This document shows, one piece after another, positions 38,538 through 48,642 of a DNA stretch of 64,000 nt (position 1 is the stretch's first letter; every line of letters begins with the position of its first letter). A model generated the notes under the pieces. It did not search any database, had not been told where the DNA came from, and worked only from the letters and a program-made list of their open reading frames with translations. This stretch comes from Candidatus Latescibacterota bacterium (lineage in GTDB: Bacteria; Latescibacterota; UBA2968; GCA-2709665), in contig CAXXJS010000028.1 of NCBI GenBank assembly GCA_963662665.2, forward strand, positions 159,432 through 223,431. Direction: 5' to 3'. Made by a program: the position numbers and the translations under genes.

Positions 38538-39587
38538 ATGGCTGTTAGCGCTCAGGATTTACAGGCTGTTATCGATGGTTTTCCGAGAACGGGATTAGCC
38601 GAACTACCCACGCCCCTGCACGATTGTCCGCGTTTTTCGGAAGCGTTGGGCGGGAAAGTGCGGGTGCTGGTAAAACGGGACGATCTCACAGGTCTGGCAT
38701 TCGGCGGAAACAAGACCCGCAAGTTCGACCTGGCCCTGGGCGATGCGCTGGCCGAGGGGGCCACGGCGCTGATTACGGGGGCGGCCTCGCAGTCCAACCA
38801 CGCGCGGCAGGCAGCCGCGGCGGCCGCGAAGCTGGGTATGAAATGTGTGCTGGTGAACCGGCATGACCACCGGAGTCAGATGGGCATTCAGGGAAATCAG
38901 CTTCTGGACAATATCCTTGGCGCGGACGTCAGGCTGGTTGCGGAAGGCGTGAACCAGGAGGAAGTGAAGAGAGGGGCGGCGGAGGAACTTGGCGCGCAGG
39001 GAGAGAAACCCTACATAATCGGGCGACGGGCCGTGGTGCTGGGTACGGTGGCGTACGTCGGTTGCGCGCTGGAAATCGTGACGCAGCTCGAGGCGATGGA
39101 CGCGCAGACGGATTTCATATGTACGGCATCCGGACACGGCACGCACGCGGGTCTGGCATTGGGGGTGAAGGCGCTCGGGCTGCCGGTGCGCGCCCAGGGG
39201 TTTTCGCCGAGCAGGGGAGACGAAGCGCGACGGAAGGAGCAACTTGCGGAAGTCGCCAACGAAGCGTCGACGCTCATGGAACTGGGTGTGCGAATGACTG
39301 CCGCGGAAATGGAGAATACGGATGCCTACGTGGGCGAAAACTACGGAATCGTGACCGAAGCCGGCCTCGACGCATTGCATCTTCTGGCTCGGAAGGAGGG
39401 GATTTTATTGGACCCGGTGTATACAAGCAAGGCGATGTCCGGCGTGATCGATAGAATCCGGACGGGAGAAATTCAGGAAGGATCCACGGTGGTGTACGTG
39501 CATACAGGCGGGAATCCCGCGCTGTTCGCCTACGCGCCCGAACTCATCGCCCACGGCGACTATCGCCAGAACGTCGTAACCGCGTAA
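38538..39587 (+). CDS. D-cysteine desulfhydrase / ACC deaminase family PLP enzyme
   Basis: KRDDLTGLAFGGNKTRK, QSNHAR, EGILLDPVYTSKAM, HTGG. Confidence 0.92.
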   Translation: MAVSAQDLQAVIDGFPRTGLAELPTPLHDCPRFSEALGGKVRVLVKRDDLTGLAFGGNKTRKFDLALGDALAEGATALITGAASQSNHARQAAAAAAKLGMKCVLVNRHDHRSQMGIQGNQLLDNILGADVRLVAEGVNQEEVKRGAAEELGAQGEKPYIIGRRAVVLGTVAYVGCALEIVTQLEAMDAQTDFICTASGHGTHAGLALGVKALGLPVRAQGFSPSRGDEARRKEQLAEVANEASTLMELGVRMTAAEMENTDAYVGENYGIVTEAGLDALHLLARKEGILLDPVYTSKAMSGVIDRIRTGEIQEGSTVVYVHTGGNPALFAYAPELIAHGDYRQNVVTA

Positions 39588-39639
39588 GGAAAAACAGTAA
39601 AACCAGAATGGGCGTCCTTTCCGCCCAAGGAGGGATGAC

Positions 39640-40425
39640 ATGACGGACGACGAAAAATACCTCTTCGATTTGAACGGGTACCTGGTACTCAAGGATGTCC
39701 TGACATCGGAGGAAGTCGACCGCTGCAACGAGGCGATCGATCGCCACGCCGATCAGCTCAAGGAGAGGGAGGGGTCGCTCACGATTGGCGCGCCGGCGCT
39801 TGGGGGCACGTCGAACAGGAAGGATCTGGGCGGAATGCTGGCATGGGAGCGGCCGTGGTGTGAACCCTTCAGGGCGATGCTCGTGCATCCCCGTGTGATG
39901 CCTTATCTGCACGTGATTCTGGGCAAAGGATATCGGCTGGATCACGGGCCCGGTCTGATTGCCATGGACAAGGGCTGCGAAGGGGGAACGTTGCACGGGG
40001 GCGGTGTGGAGCGACCGGATCTCTCAGAGGCGTATTTTTTCAAGAGCGGACGCATCTACTGCGGGCTGACGGTCGTGGAGTATCTGCTGGCGGACGAGGG
40101 GCCGGGCGAAGGGGGTGTGGCGGTGGTGCCGGGAAGCCACAAGGCGAATCTGGCGTGTCCGAGGGAGATGACACGGGGTGAGAAATACCAGGAACATTTG
40201 GTGGAGGTTAGTGGGCGCGCCGGAGACGTGGTGATTTTTACGGAAACACTGACCCACGGGACGTTGCCGTGGACGGCCGACCATCAGCGGCGGGCGCTGC
40301 TGTACAAGTTCAGCCCGGGATTTCAGGCCTACGGGCCCGGCGCGCATACGGTGACGTATCCTGACTACATTCTGGACATGACGGAGGCTGAACGGACGGT
40401 GATGGAACATCCGCATTTCCGGTAG
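39640..40425 (+). CDS. PhyH-family dioxygenase
   Basis: YLFDLNGYL, LHGGG, VVPGSHK, ETLTHGTLPW...RR. Confidence 0.88.
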   Translation: MTDDEKYLFDLNGYLVLKDVLTSEEVDRCNEAIDRHADQLKEREGSLTIGAPALGGTSNRKDLGGMLAWERPWCEPFRAMLVHPRVMPYLHVILGKGYRLDHGPGLIAMDKGCEGGTLHGGGVERPDLSEAYFFKSGRIYCGLTVVEYLLADEGPGEGGVAVVPGSHKANLACPREMTRGEKYQEHLVEVSGRAGDVVIFTETLTHGTLPWTADHQRRALLYKFSPGFQAYGPGAHTVTYPDYILDMTEAERTVMEHPHFR

Positions 40426-40469
40426 CATTGAATTGGTTGCGGCCAGGCACAGCGAAGCAGGGAGACGGA

Positions 40470-41036
40470 ATGCCGACGTTCGGAGCAGCGGCGGTTGTCA
40501 TTTCCGCTGGAAAAGTGTTGCTGATCAAGAGGCGGGACTGCGAGGCCTGGGCATTGCCGGGCGGGAACGTTGAATCAGGAGAGACGGTTGCGGAAACCGC
40601 CATCCGCGAGGTCAATGAAGAAACGGGGATTGAAATCGAACTGACGCGGCTTGTGGGGATCTACGCAAGCCCGCGGTGGCTTTCAGGCGGTAACCACAGC
40701 GTAGTCTTTGCGGCTCGACCGCTCAGCCATGGAATTACACCGCAACCGGAGGAGGTCATCGAATCCGGTTATTTTTGTGCCACGCAATTGCCGGAGCACT
40801 TTGTCTGGTGGCACCGCCGGTGGATCGGTGATTCACTGGACGGGATCTGCGGAACGGTCTGTCTGCAGGACCGGATCTGGCCGTGGGAGGCCGGCGTGAA
40901 CCGGCGGGACCTGCACCGGATATTTGTGGAATCCGGGATGTCTCCGCAGGAGTTCTTTCAGAAATATCTGACTCGAACAGGCGCCGAACGGGAACGCATT
41001 CTGGTTGAGCCGGGAAGCGGAGAATCCAGGGCATGA
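40470..41036 (+). CDS. NUDIX hydrolase
   Basis: Nudix box GGNVESGETVAETAIREVNEETG. Confidence 0.92.
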   Translation: MPTFGAAAVVISAGKVLLIKRRDCEAWALPGGNVESGETVAETAIREVNEETGIEIELTRLVGIYASPRWLSGGNHSVVFAARPLSHGITPQPEEVIESGYFCATQLPEHFVWWHRRWIGDSLDGICGTVCLQDRIWPWEAGVNRRDLHRIFVESGMSPQEFFQKYLTRTGAERERILVEPGSGESRA

Positions 41037-42256
41037 TCTATGACCTCGTACTTAAAGGCGCCACCGTGATCGACGGAGCGCAGGGATTGAACGGCAAGTA
41101 CGACGTGGCAGTCCACGGCGAAAAGGTCGCCGCCGTGGAGAAGGAAATCTCGGAGCCCGCGAGAGAGACGGTGGATCTGGGTGGAAGGATTCTGACGCCG
41201 GGCTGGATCGATATCCATACGCATATCTATGCGGGGTCGACGACCTGGGGGATCCGGGCGGATGCGCTCTGCCTGGCAACGGGCGTGACTACGGTCGTGG
41301 ACGCGGGCAGTCCGGGATGGGCGAATTTCATGGGCTTCCGGGACTACGTGGCGGCGCCGGCGCGGACGCAGGTCTTGACGTTTGTCCATATCAGCGGCAT
41401 CGGGTTGACCTGCGGGCCCGTTGGTGAAATGCAGGATATGAGATACGCGGACCCGGAGCGAACGGCCTACGTCATAGATCGATGGCCGGAACTCTGTGTG
41501 GGCGTGAAGGTGCGGGAGGGCAGACACCAGGTGGGCGACAACGGGGTGGCGCCTCTGAGACTCGCGGTGAAGGCGGCGGAGCTTTCGGATTCGAAGGTGA
41601 TGGTGCACGCCGGCGCCGGCGTTCCGCTGCCGGACGTGCTGGGCGAGGTTCGACAGGGCGACATTGTCACCCACTGCTATCACGGTGGCGGCGATACGAT
41701 CCTCGGTAGCGAGGAACGGGTCATTCCGGAGGTGTGGGCGGCGCGAGAGCGGGGGGTCCTGTTCGACCTCGGCCACGGCGGCGGAAGTTTCCTGTTCGAA
41801 GTTGCGAAGAAAGCCCTGGCGCAGGGGTTTCCTTCCGATGTGATCAGTACGGACCTGCACGTGCTCTGTTTAAACGATCCGGTATTCAGTCTGCCCGAAA
41901 CGGCATCCAAGATGCTGAACCTCGGAATGGAATTGCCGGAGGTCGTCTACCAGACAACAGCCGCGCCTGCCAGTGCGATCGGACGGGACGACGAACTGGG
42001 AACGTTAAAGGTGGGCACGGTGGCGGACCTGGCGGCGTTCGAGGTGCGGGACGGCGAGTTCGAGTTCCGGGACGTGCGCGACAACCTGGAGGTGGGCTCG
42101 CGCATGATTCAGCCCGTATTGACCGTTCGAAAAGGAAACCTGTACAGGCCGGAAGACCTGAAAGAGGAAGTCGCGGAGACATTCCACAGGGCGCGCGAGA
42201 TGCATGCGCTGGTGAGAGGCAGGTTCGATAGGTTAATGCCGGATTCGAAAGCGTAG
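41033..42256 (+). CDS. Metal-dependent amidohydrolase (dihydroorotase/deacetylase-like)
   Basis: PGWIDIHTH, GVTTVVDAGS, GVKVR, THCYH, GHGGGSF, ISTDLH. Confidence 0.9.
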   Translation: MIYDLVLKGATVIDGAQGLNGKYDVAVHGEKVAAVEKEISEPARETVDLGGRILTPGWIDIHTHIYAGSTTWGIRADALCLATGVTTVVDAGSPGWANFMGFRDYVAAPARTQVLTFVHISGIGLTCGPVGEMQDMRYADPERTAYVIDRWPELCVGVKVREGRHQVGDNGVAPLRLAVKAAELSDSKVMVHAGAGVPLPDVLGEVRQGDIVTHCYHGGGDTILGSEERVIPEVWAARERGVLFDLGHGGGSFLFEVAKKALAQGFPSDVISTDLHVLCLNDPVFSLPETASKMLNLGMELPEVVYQTTAAPASAIGRDDELGTLKVGTVADLAAFEVRDGEFEFRDVRDNLEVGSRMIQPVLTVRKGNLYRPEDLKEEVAETFHRAREMHALVRGRFDRLMPDSKA

Positions 42257-42305
42257 ATTGTTCGGGTTGTGCGCCGCCGTTGTGGAGTCAGGAAGGAAGC
42301 ATTTC

Positions 42306-43895
42306 ATGTCGATGACCGGTGCGGAGGTACTCGTTGAAGGGTTGATAACGGCCGGGGTGAAGCATCTGTTTTCGCTGTCGGGCAATCAGATCCTCCCGGT
42401 TTACGATGCGACGATCGACCGGGACATTGAATTGTTACACACCCGGCACGAAGCCGCCGCCGTCCATATGGCGGATGGTTGGGGACGGTTGACCGAGCAG
42501 CCCGGTGTAGCGCTCCTGACGGCGGGGCCCGGTCATTGTAATGGGCTGGGTGCGCTTTACGTGGCGATGATGGCGGAGTCTCCGCTGTTGATGCTGAGCG
42601 GTCATTGTCCTGAGGGGCAGATCGGGAAAGGAGCGTTTCAGGAAGTGGATCAGGTGGCCGCGGCGCGTCCCGTCGCCAAAGCGTCCTGGCGGGTGGAGAG
42701 AAGCGAAGATCTGGAAGATGACCTGTCCAGAGCGCTTGAAACGGCGGTATCCGGCAGGCCTGGCCCCGTGCATTTGAGTTTGCCGGCCGACGTCCTCGAG
42801 GCATCCGCACCACGCGCGCACGCAACGCACGCGAAGTGCGCGGAAGAACTGGAAGACGTCGATCTCGGTCCCGTGCTCGCTTTGTTGAACAAAGCAGAGC
42901 GACCGCTGATTCTGGTGGGCCCCGCGATGGGCCGGTCCGGTCGTTGGCTCGCTGTGGAGAAGCTGGCGAAGGTCACCGGGATTCCCGCCCTGTCGATGGA
43001 AAGCCCCCGCGGCGTGAACGATCCGGCACTGCGCCGGGCGGTAACATGCCTGGCGGCCGCCGACGTGGTGCTTCTGCTGGGGAAAAAACTGGATTTTTCG
43101 CTGTGCTTCGGACAGCCGCCGTTCTTTTCAGGGCAGTGCCGGTTCATTCAGATCGATGCGGAACAGAGCGAGTTGCGCGACCACGCCTGTGTAGAACTGC
43201 GCCTGTTGGCGAACCCGTCAGAAACGACCGGGCGGCTCGCGGACCTGGCGCTTGCCCGTTCGTGGAATGTCGGAACGTGGCGTTCGGAGGTGGAAAGCCT
43301 GCGTCGCGCTACGCCTTCGGGCTGGGACGCCCTGTTGCGACCGTCGCCAGGTCCCATGCATCCGTTGGGGGTGTGCGAGGCAATGCAGCCATTCCTGGAT
43401 GAAGGGGCGATATTCGTGAGCGATGGAGGAGAGTTCGGGCAGTGGGCGCAGGCGGGTCTGGCGGCCGAGATCAGGTTGATCAACGGACCGTCCGGCGCAA
43501 TCGGGAGCGGGCTGCCGATGGGTCTGGCGGCAAAGCTGGCCTATCCTGACAGGGCTGTATTCGTATTGCTGGGGGATGGGACTTTTGGTTATCATGCATT
43601 GGAATTGGACACGGCGCTGCGCTACGGGCTGCCGGTTGTCGCAATCGTCGGAAACGACGCAAGGTGGAATGCCGAGCATCAATTACAGGTCGCGACCTAT
43701 GGACCGGATCGTACGGTAGGGTGCGATCTGCTCGGGACAAGGTTCGATCGGATGGCTGAGTCCCTGGGCGGGTATGGCGCATTTGTGGACCGCGCGGAGG
43801 ATCTCCCGGCCGCGCTTGACGACGCGTTGGCGTCCGGCCTTCCCGCGTGCGTGAACGTTGCGATTGAACCGGCTGGCGCGCCGGTTTTTCGATGA
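42306..43895 (+). CDS. Thiamine-diphosphate-dependent enzyme (IlvB/HACL/OXC-like)
   Basis: TRHEAAAVHMAD, TAGPG, RPGPVHL, GDGTFG...N. Confidence 0.9.
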   Translation: MSMTGAEVLVEGLITAGVKHLFSLSGNQILPVYDATIDRDIELLHTRHEAAAVHMADGWGRLTEQPGVALLTAGPGHCNGLGALYVAMMAESPLLMLSGHCPEGQIGKGAFQEVDQVAAARPVAKASWRVERSEDLEDDLSRALETAVSGRPGPVHLSLPADVLEASAPRAHATHAKCAEELEDVDLGPVLALLNKAERPLILVGPAMGRSGRWLAVEKLAKVTGIPALSMESPRGVNDPALRRAVTCLAAADVVLLLGKKLDFSLCFGQPPFFSGQCRFIQIDAEQSELRDHACVELRLLANPSETTGRLADLALARSWNVGTWRSEVESLRRATPSGWDALLRPSPGPMHPLGVCEAMQPFLDEGAIFVSDGGEFGQWAQAGLAAEIRLINGPSGAIGSGLPMGLAAKLAYPDRAVFVLLGDGTFGYHALELDTALRYGLPVVAIVGNDARWNAEHQLQVATYGPDRTVGCDLLGTRFDRMAESLGGYGAFVDRAEDLPAALDDALASGLPACVNVAIEPAGAPVFR

Positions 43896-43916
43896 TAGGA
43901 CAGTTGAGGAGGAGAT

Positions 43917-45140
43917 GTGCGCGCGGAAATCGTTATGATCGGAACCGAGCTTCTGCTGGGAGAAATCGTCGACACGAACGCGAATCTGCTGGCGGTCGCG
44001 CTCCGTAATATCGGTATGGACCTCTATTACAAGACCACCGTGGGAGACAACGAGGATCGTATAACGCAGGTGCTCAATCTCGCGCTGGATCGATCGGACG
44101 TGGTGATTACGTCTGGGGGTATCGGGCCGACCGTGGACGACGTGACCCGGCAGGCGATTGCGCGCGCGACGAGTCGACAGTTAATATTCAGCGAGGTGCT
44201 GGAACGTCAGATAGCCGCGCGCTTTCGCGACTTCGGACGAGAAATGGCCGCGAACAACAAACGGCAGGCGTACCTGCCGGAAGGCGCCCGGCCGCTGGAG
44301 AACCCCGTTGGAACGGCGCCGTGTTTTCTGAGTGAAGATACAGGAGGACGGGGATTCATTATCTGCCTGCCCGGAGTGCCCCGCGAGCTGGCGCATATGA
44401 TGGAGCATACCGTCGTGCCGCTGCTTGTTGAGAGGATGGGCGGTGTGAAGGTTATCCGGGTGCGGGTACTTCGGACCTGCGCGGTTGGCGAAAGCAATAT
44501 CGACAGGGGTATCGGGGACCTGATGACGTCTTCGAACCCGACGGTTGGCCTGGCCGCGCACGCGGGACAGACGGACGTTCGCATTGCAGCCAGGGCCGAT
44601 TCGGAAGATGAAGCCAGGACGTTGGTAGCCGGCATGGAAACCGAACTCCGGAACCGGCTGGGCGTGGCGGTCTATGGTGTAGAGAAAGAGACCGTGGCCG
44701 AAGTTGTTGGCGGGTTGCTGGCGCAGCGTGATTTGAAACTGGGAGTGGTGGACGGCCTTACCGGTGGACAACTGACGCGGGAGTTGGGCGAAGCGGGATT
44801 CGAGAGCGTCGCGTTCGCGGATTTGCACGGGAGCGATGCCGTGCAGGCCATGGCGGCCGCACGCAACGGATTGCCGCAAGGAGCCGATAACCGAACATTG
44901 GCAGAGCTGCTTGCGGAGCGTGTCGCGCCAAAGGGGGGTATGGGGTTGGCGATGATAGGGCCATTCAACGGGAGATCGACGGTGTTCGCGATCCACGGGC
45001 CTGGAGATCTGAGGACGAACGAGGCGGGGCGGCGCTTTGAGGATACAGATCATATGCGGCGGTGGCTGGTGATTCAGGGCCTGGACCGGGTCAGAAGGGC
45101 CGTGCTGGGTGTGCTGGAATCGCCGGTGGATTGGAACTAG
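43917..45140 (+). CDS. cinA: CinA-like protein (molybdopterin-binding-fold N-terminus, degenerate PncC C-terminus)
   Basis: GTELLLGEIVDTN, GGIGPTVDDVTR, GTAP, LPGVPREL, GES. Confidence 0.85.
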   Translation: MRAEIVMIGTELLLGEIVDTNANLLAVALRNIGMDLYYKTTVGDNEDRITQVLNLALDRSDVVITSGGIGPTVDDVTRQAIARATSRQLIFSEVLERQIAARFRDFGREMAANNKRQAYLPEGARPLENPVGTAPCFLSEDTGGRGFIICLPGVPRELAHMMEHTVVPLLVERMGGVKVIRVRVLRTCAVGESNIDRGIGDLMTSSNPTVGLAAHAGQTDVRIAARADSEDEARTLVAGMETELRNRLGVAVYGVEKETVAEVVGGLLAQRDLKLGVVDGLTGGQLTRELGEAGFESVAFADLHGSDAVQAMAAARNGLPQGADNRTLAELLAERVAPKGGMGLAMIGPFNGRSTVFAIHGPGDLRTNEAGRRFEDTDHMRRWLVIQGLDRVRRAVLGVLESPVDWN

Positions 45141-45247
45141 CCGGATGTGCGTGGCTGCCGCGGAGAACCTGCCCGTCAGTCAGCCGGAGGTTTCAGCATC
45201 GGCGTTAATCGTATTGGTCCATCAGCGGCGTTACAGGAGGATGACCC

Positions 45248-46630
45248 ATGGCTGGCGTCAGAGACATAAACTCCAGGCTTGAGCTATTCGTCGACGACTG
45301 GTTGATCGACACGATGACGGGTACGAGCCTCAAGCTCCATCCTCCGGCGCCGGCTGAGGTCGTCCTGGACTTCGACCGACCCTGGGAAGGGGAGACCTCG
45401 TGGGTCGCCAACGTCATCCTGGACGACGGGCGTTACCGCCTCTGGTACCGCGCCCCCGGCCCTGACGGAACGAACCGGACGACCTGTTACGCCGAAAGCC
45501 CCGATGGCATCCACTTCGAGCGTCCAACCCTCGGGCTCCACGAGTTCGAGGGCTCGAAGGAGAACAACATCGTCATGGGGGCTGAGCACTGGAACGCCTG
45601 CGTCTTCAAGGATCCCAATCCGGCCGCGCCGGACTCATGGAGGTACAAGGGCTTCCTGAGGGGCGAAAAGCTGGACGGGCGCAGTACGATTTACGGCTAC
45701 GGTTCGCCCGACGGCATACATTGGGAGCTGATCCAGGACGGGCCGATCCTGCATGCGCCACCCGACGACCACCCCAGTTTCGACTCGCCCAACGTGGCCT
45801 TCTGGGACGTCAATATATGCAAGTACGTCAGCTACCTGAGGGGTTTCACGCCCGCTTGCGATTATGGCGGGGACCCCGCTCAGGGCGGCGTATACCGGTC
45901 GATTCGGAGGGCCGAGTCGGACGACTTCCTGGACTGGAACGTGCCGGAGCTGATCGACGTGGGCGAAAGGCAGAAGGAACACCTGTACACCAACGCAGCG
46001 ACCCCCTACTTCCGCGCTCCCCACGTCTATCTGATGTTCCCCAAGCGGCTTCGGCTTGGCCGGAAGTTCCACAAGGACTGGGGATCTGACGGCCTGTCCG
46101 AGGGGGTCTTCATGTCCAGCCGGGACGGCGTCCGATGGGACCGCCGGTTTATGGGTCCGTTCATCCGTCCAGGCCTTGACTCGAGGAACTGGAATGAGCG
46201 GAATATGGCCGCCGGCGTCGGCGTTGTGCCTACGGGGCCCGAGGAGGTCTCGATCTACTACGTGGAGAACTACCGGAACCCGTCGTGCCGGCTCCGTCGA
46301 GGCGTCCTTCGGACGGACGGTTTCGTCTCCGTCAACGCACCCTTCCGCGGCGGCGAGATTGTGACCAGGCCCTTCACGTTCGCTGGCGGCGAGCTGGTCA
46401 TTAACTACTCGACGTCCGTGGCCGGTGAAATCCGGTTCGAGATGCAGGACGAGCAGGGCAGCCCCATCGAGGGCCATACGCTCTCCGAGAGCGTTGAGAT
46501 CTTTGGAGACGAGATTGCGAGGGCGGTCAGCTGGGACAGCGGCCCGGACGTGTCTGCGCTGGCCGGAAAGCCGGTTCGTCTTCGTGTGGCGATGAAGGAG
46601 GCCGACCTCTACGCCATACGCTTCCGGTAG
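45248..46630 (+). CDS. Putative five-bladed beta-propeller glycoside hydrolase-like protein
   Basis: Asp-box-like SPDGIHF, SPDGIHW, SDDFLDW, SRDGVRW; LRTDGFVS. Confidence 0.7.
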   Translation: MAGVRDINSRLELFVDDWLIDTMTGTSLKLHPPAPAEVVLDFDRPWEGETSWVANVILDDGRYRLWYRAPGPDGTNRTTCYAESPDGIHFERPTLGLHEFEGSKENNIVMGAEHWNACVFKDPNPAAPDSWRYKGFLRGEKLDGRSTIYGYGSPDGIHWELIQDGPILHAPPDDHPSFDSPNVAFWDVNICKYVSYLRGFTPACDYGGDPAQGGVYRSIRRAESDDFLDWNVPELIDVGERQKEHLYTNAATPYFRAPHVYLMFPKRLRLGRKFHKDWGSDGLSEGVFMSSRDGVRWDRRFMGPFIRPGLDSRNWNERNMAAGVGVVPTGPEEVSIYYVENYRNPSCRLRRGVLRTDGFVSVNAPFRGGEIVTRPFTFAGGELVINYSTSVAGEIRFEMQDEQGSPIEGHTLSESVEIFGDEIARAVSWDSGPDVSALAGKPVRLRVAMKEADLYAIRFR

Positions 46631-47088
46631 CGGATGATACCTGCGCCCCTGAACAGCCTCATAGTCGAGATGCCGCCTGAAACAGCCCTGAAGGAACCGG
46701 GTTGACTCACGCATCCGTATCGGATTCCGTGGGACTATTGACAGGGAAATGGATCATGCCAGCCGACCATTGCGATCCATTGTCGTAGAGCGTTTGGAGA
46801 ATTTCGTTAGAAACCGTAACACATATTGTAATCTGTGTTTTTTTCATTTTTTACTCAAATTACGCACACCTTTTTTCCGTGAATCAATCCAAATGAATTG
46901 ACTAATCTGATACTTTGCATTATAAATTAGGGGTTCTCAGGAGATTTCGATCATATAGCGAACTTGGGGTGATCCGGCTCAAGTCATTGGACGTCGTGTA
47001 GACGTTCCCAGGCCGTATCGATCGCCAAAGCACACCACGGATCAGCATCTTCAATCCAAACCGCCAGGAGGATTCAGTGGATCGCCAG

Positions 47089-47310
47089 ATGAATAACGTG
47101 AGTTTTTGCCTGGGGATATTCGGCCTCGGCGCAATCATCGGTATGGCCCTTGGGATAGTCGCCGGTGTATTGCTGGCCCCCCGGAGCGGCATCGAAACCC
47201 GCCAATCCGTTCGACGCAGCGTGGACAAAGCCGTAAACAGGGGGCGGTCATACGTGGAACGAGTCCGTGCGCAAGACGGCGATGGAACGGAAGAGGTCGC
47301 TGAATCTTAG
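47089..47310 (+). CDS. YtxH-domain protein
   Basis: Hydrophobic N-terminus followed by GVLLAPRSGIETR. Confidence 0.8.
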   Translation: MNNVSFCLGIFGLGAIIGMALGIVAGVLLAPRSGIETRQSVRRSVDKAVNRGRSYVERVRAQDGDGTEEVAES

Positions 47311-47433
47311 TGTCCCGTCGGGTGAATGTTTCACTATTCCGCCGCCTGCCTCGCATGCTTCAGCAGGAAGGTCAACAGTTCGTACGGCCAGCACGGTTCC
47401 GGACCTGGATACCCATCTGAAAAGGAGCGATTC

Positions 47434-48549
47434 GTGAAAAAGGCAATTGCCGCAGCTATTTTGGGCTGTCTGCTGTGGGGGGTGGACATGGCCTTTGCCG
47501 GAGAGTTCACGATTTACGGTTTTGTCCGTTTCGACGCCGTTATCGACGATTCGAAGATGCAAAGCCACCAATTCGGCTTCTGGGTAAAACCGGAGGATCC
47601 TGGGGCCGAAACCGATGGCAATTTGACCATGTACCCTCGTCTTACCCGGTTGGGCGCGAGATTCAAACCCGTAAAACTGGACGAGAGATCCAGCATCAGC
47701 GGTCTCGTCGAGGTGGATTTCCAGAACGGCGGCAGCGAGTCGCGCCAGATTCTGAGGCTTCGTCAGGCCTATTTCAACCTGCAGCGAGGGGACTGGCATT
47801 TTCTGGCGGGCCAGGCCTGGGACGTCATTTCGCCGATCTTTCCGATCGCCAACAACGACGGGCTGATGTGGCACGCGGGTAACCTGGGAGACCGGCACCC
47901 GCAGGCGAGGCTCACGTACAAGCCGGAAGGCGGGTTTTCTCTAGCGATTGCGGCGGGACAGACCGGGGCCGTGGACAGGAAAGACCTGGACAAGAATGGC
48001 ATTATGGATGGCTGGGACGCGGCGGTGCCTTTCCTGCAGGCGCGACTGGGATTCGAGCAGCCGAAATTCAAGGCGGGCGCCTGGGCCCATTGGGGCGCTG
48101 AGGAGACAGCCGAACCGGTGGGAGGCGAGACAAGTTTCACCTCCACCGCCGTGGGTATTGATGCGTCGATTTCACTTACCGACCAGTTTATGGTACAGGG
48201 TGAAGCCTGGACGGGTAAGAATCTCACGGATATCCGCGGCGGCATCGGCCAGGGGGTCAACACCGCAACGGGCGAGGAGATCGCCTCTTCCGGCGGGTGG
48301 GCGCAGATCGTGATCATGCCGAATGCTCAATGGAAGCTTTACGCCGGGGCAACGATGGAGAAGCCCGATGAGGACGCCGTACCCGCTGGAGGGCGCACCA
48401 GCAATGGCGCCTTCTACGCCGTGGGTCGTTATCGGCCGTGGAAGCCACTGCAGGTGGCGGTAGAATATCTGTACTGGAAAACCGCCTACAAGGGACCGAA
48501 CGACGGGATCGCCAACCGGCTGGACATCCATTTTACCTACAATTTTTAA
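47434..48549 (+). CDS. Outer-membrane porin (DcaP-like)
   Basis: Signal peptide, YGFVRFD, TRLG, EVDF, LRLRQAY, LAGQAWD, C-terminal YNF. Confidence 0.8.
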   Translation: MKKAIAAAILGCLLWGVDMAFAGEFTIYGFVRFDAVIDDSKMQSHQFGFWVKPEDPGAETDGNLTMYPRLTRLGARFKPVKLDERSSISGLVEVDFQNGGSESRQILRLRQAYFNLQRGDWHFLAGQAWDVISPIFPIANNDGLMWHAGNLGDRHPQARLTYKPEGGFSLAIAAGQTGAVDRKDLDKNGIMDGWDAAVPFLQARLGFEQPKFKAGAWAHWGAEETAEPVGGETSFTSTAVGIDASISLTDQFMVQGEAWTGKNLTDIRGGIGQGVNTATGEEIASSGGWAQIVIMPNAQWKLYAGATMEKPDEDAVPAGGRTSNGAFYAVGRYRPWKPLQVAVEYLYWKTAYKGPNDGIANRLDIHFTYNF

Positions 48550-48642
48550 GACAGCTTCCAAGGATCAATCAGCCCGCGGGCGAATCGGCGCGGGAGTCCC
48601 GGGAATTCAAGTAGATCCGTATTTCAGCTGAAGAGGAACGGA

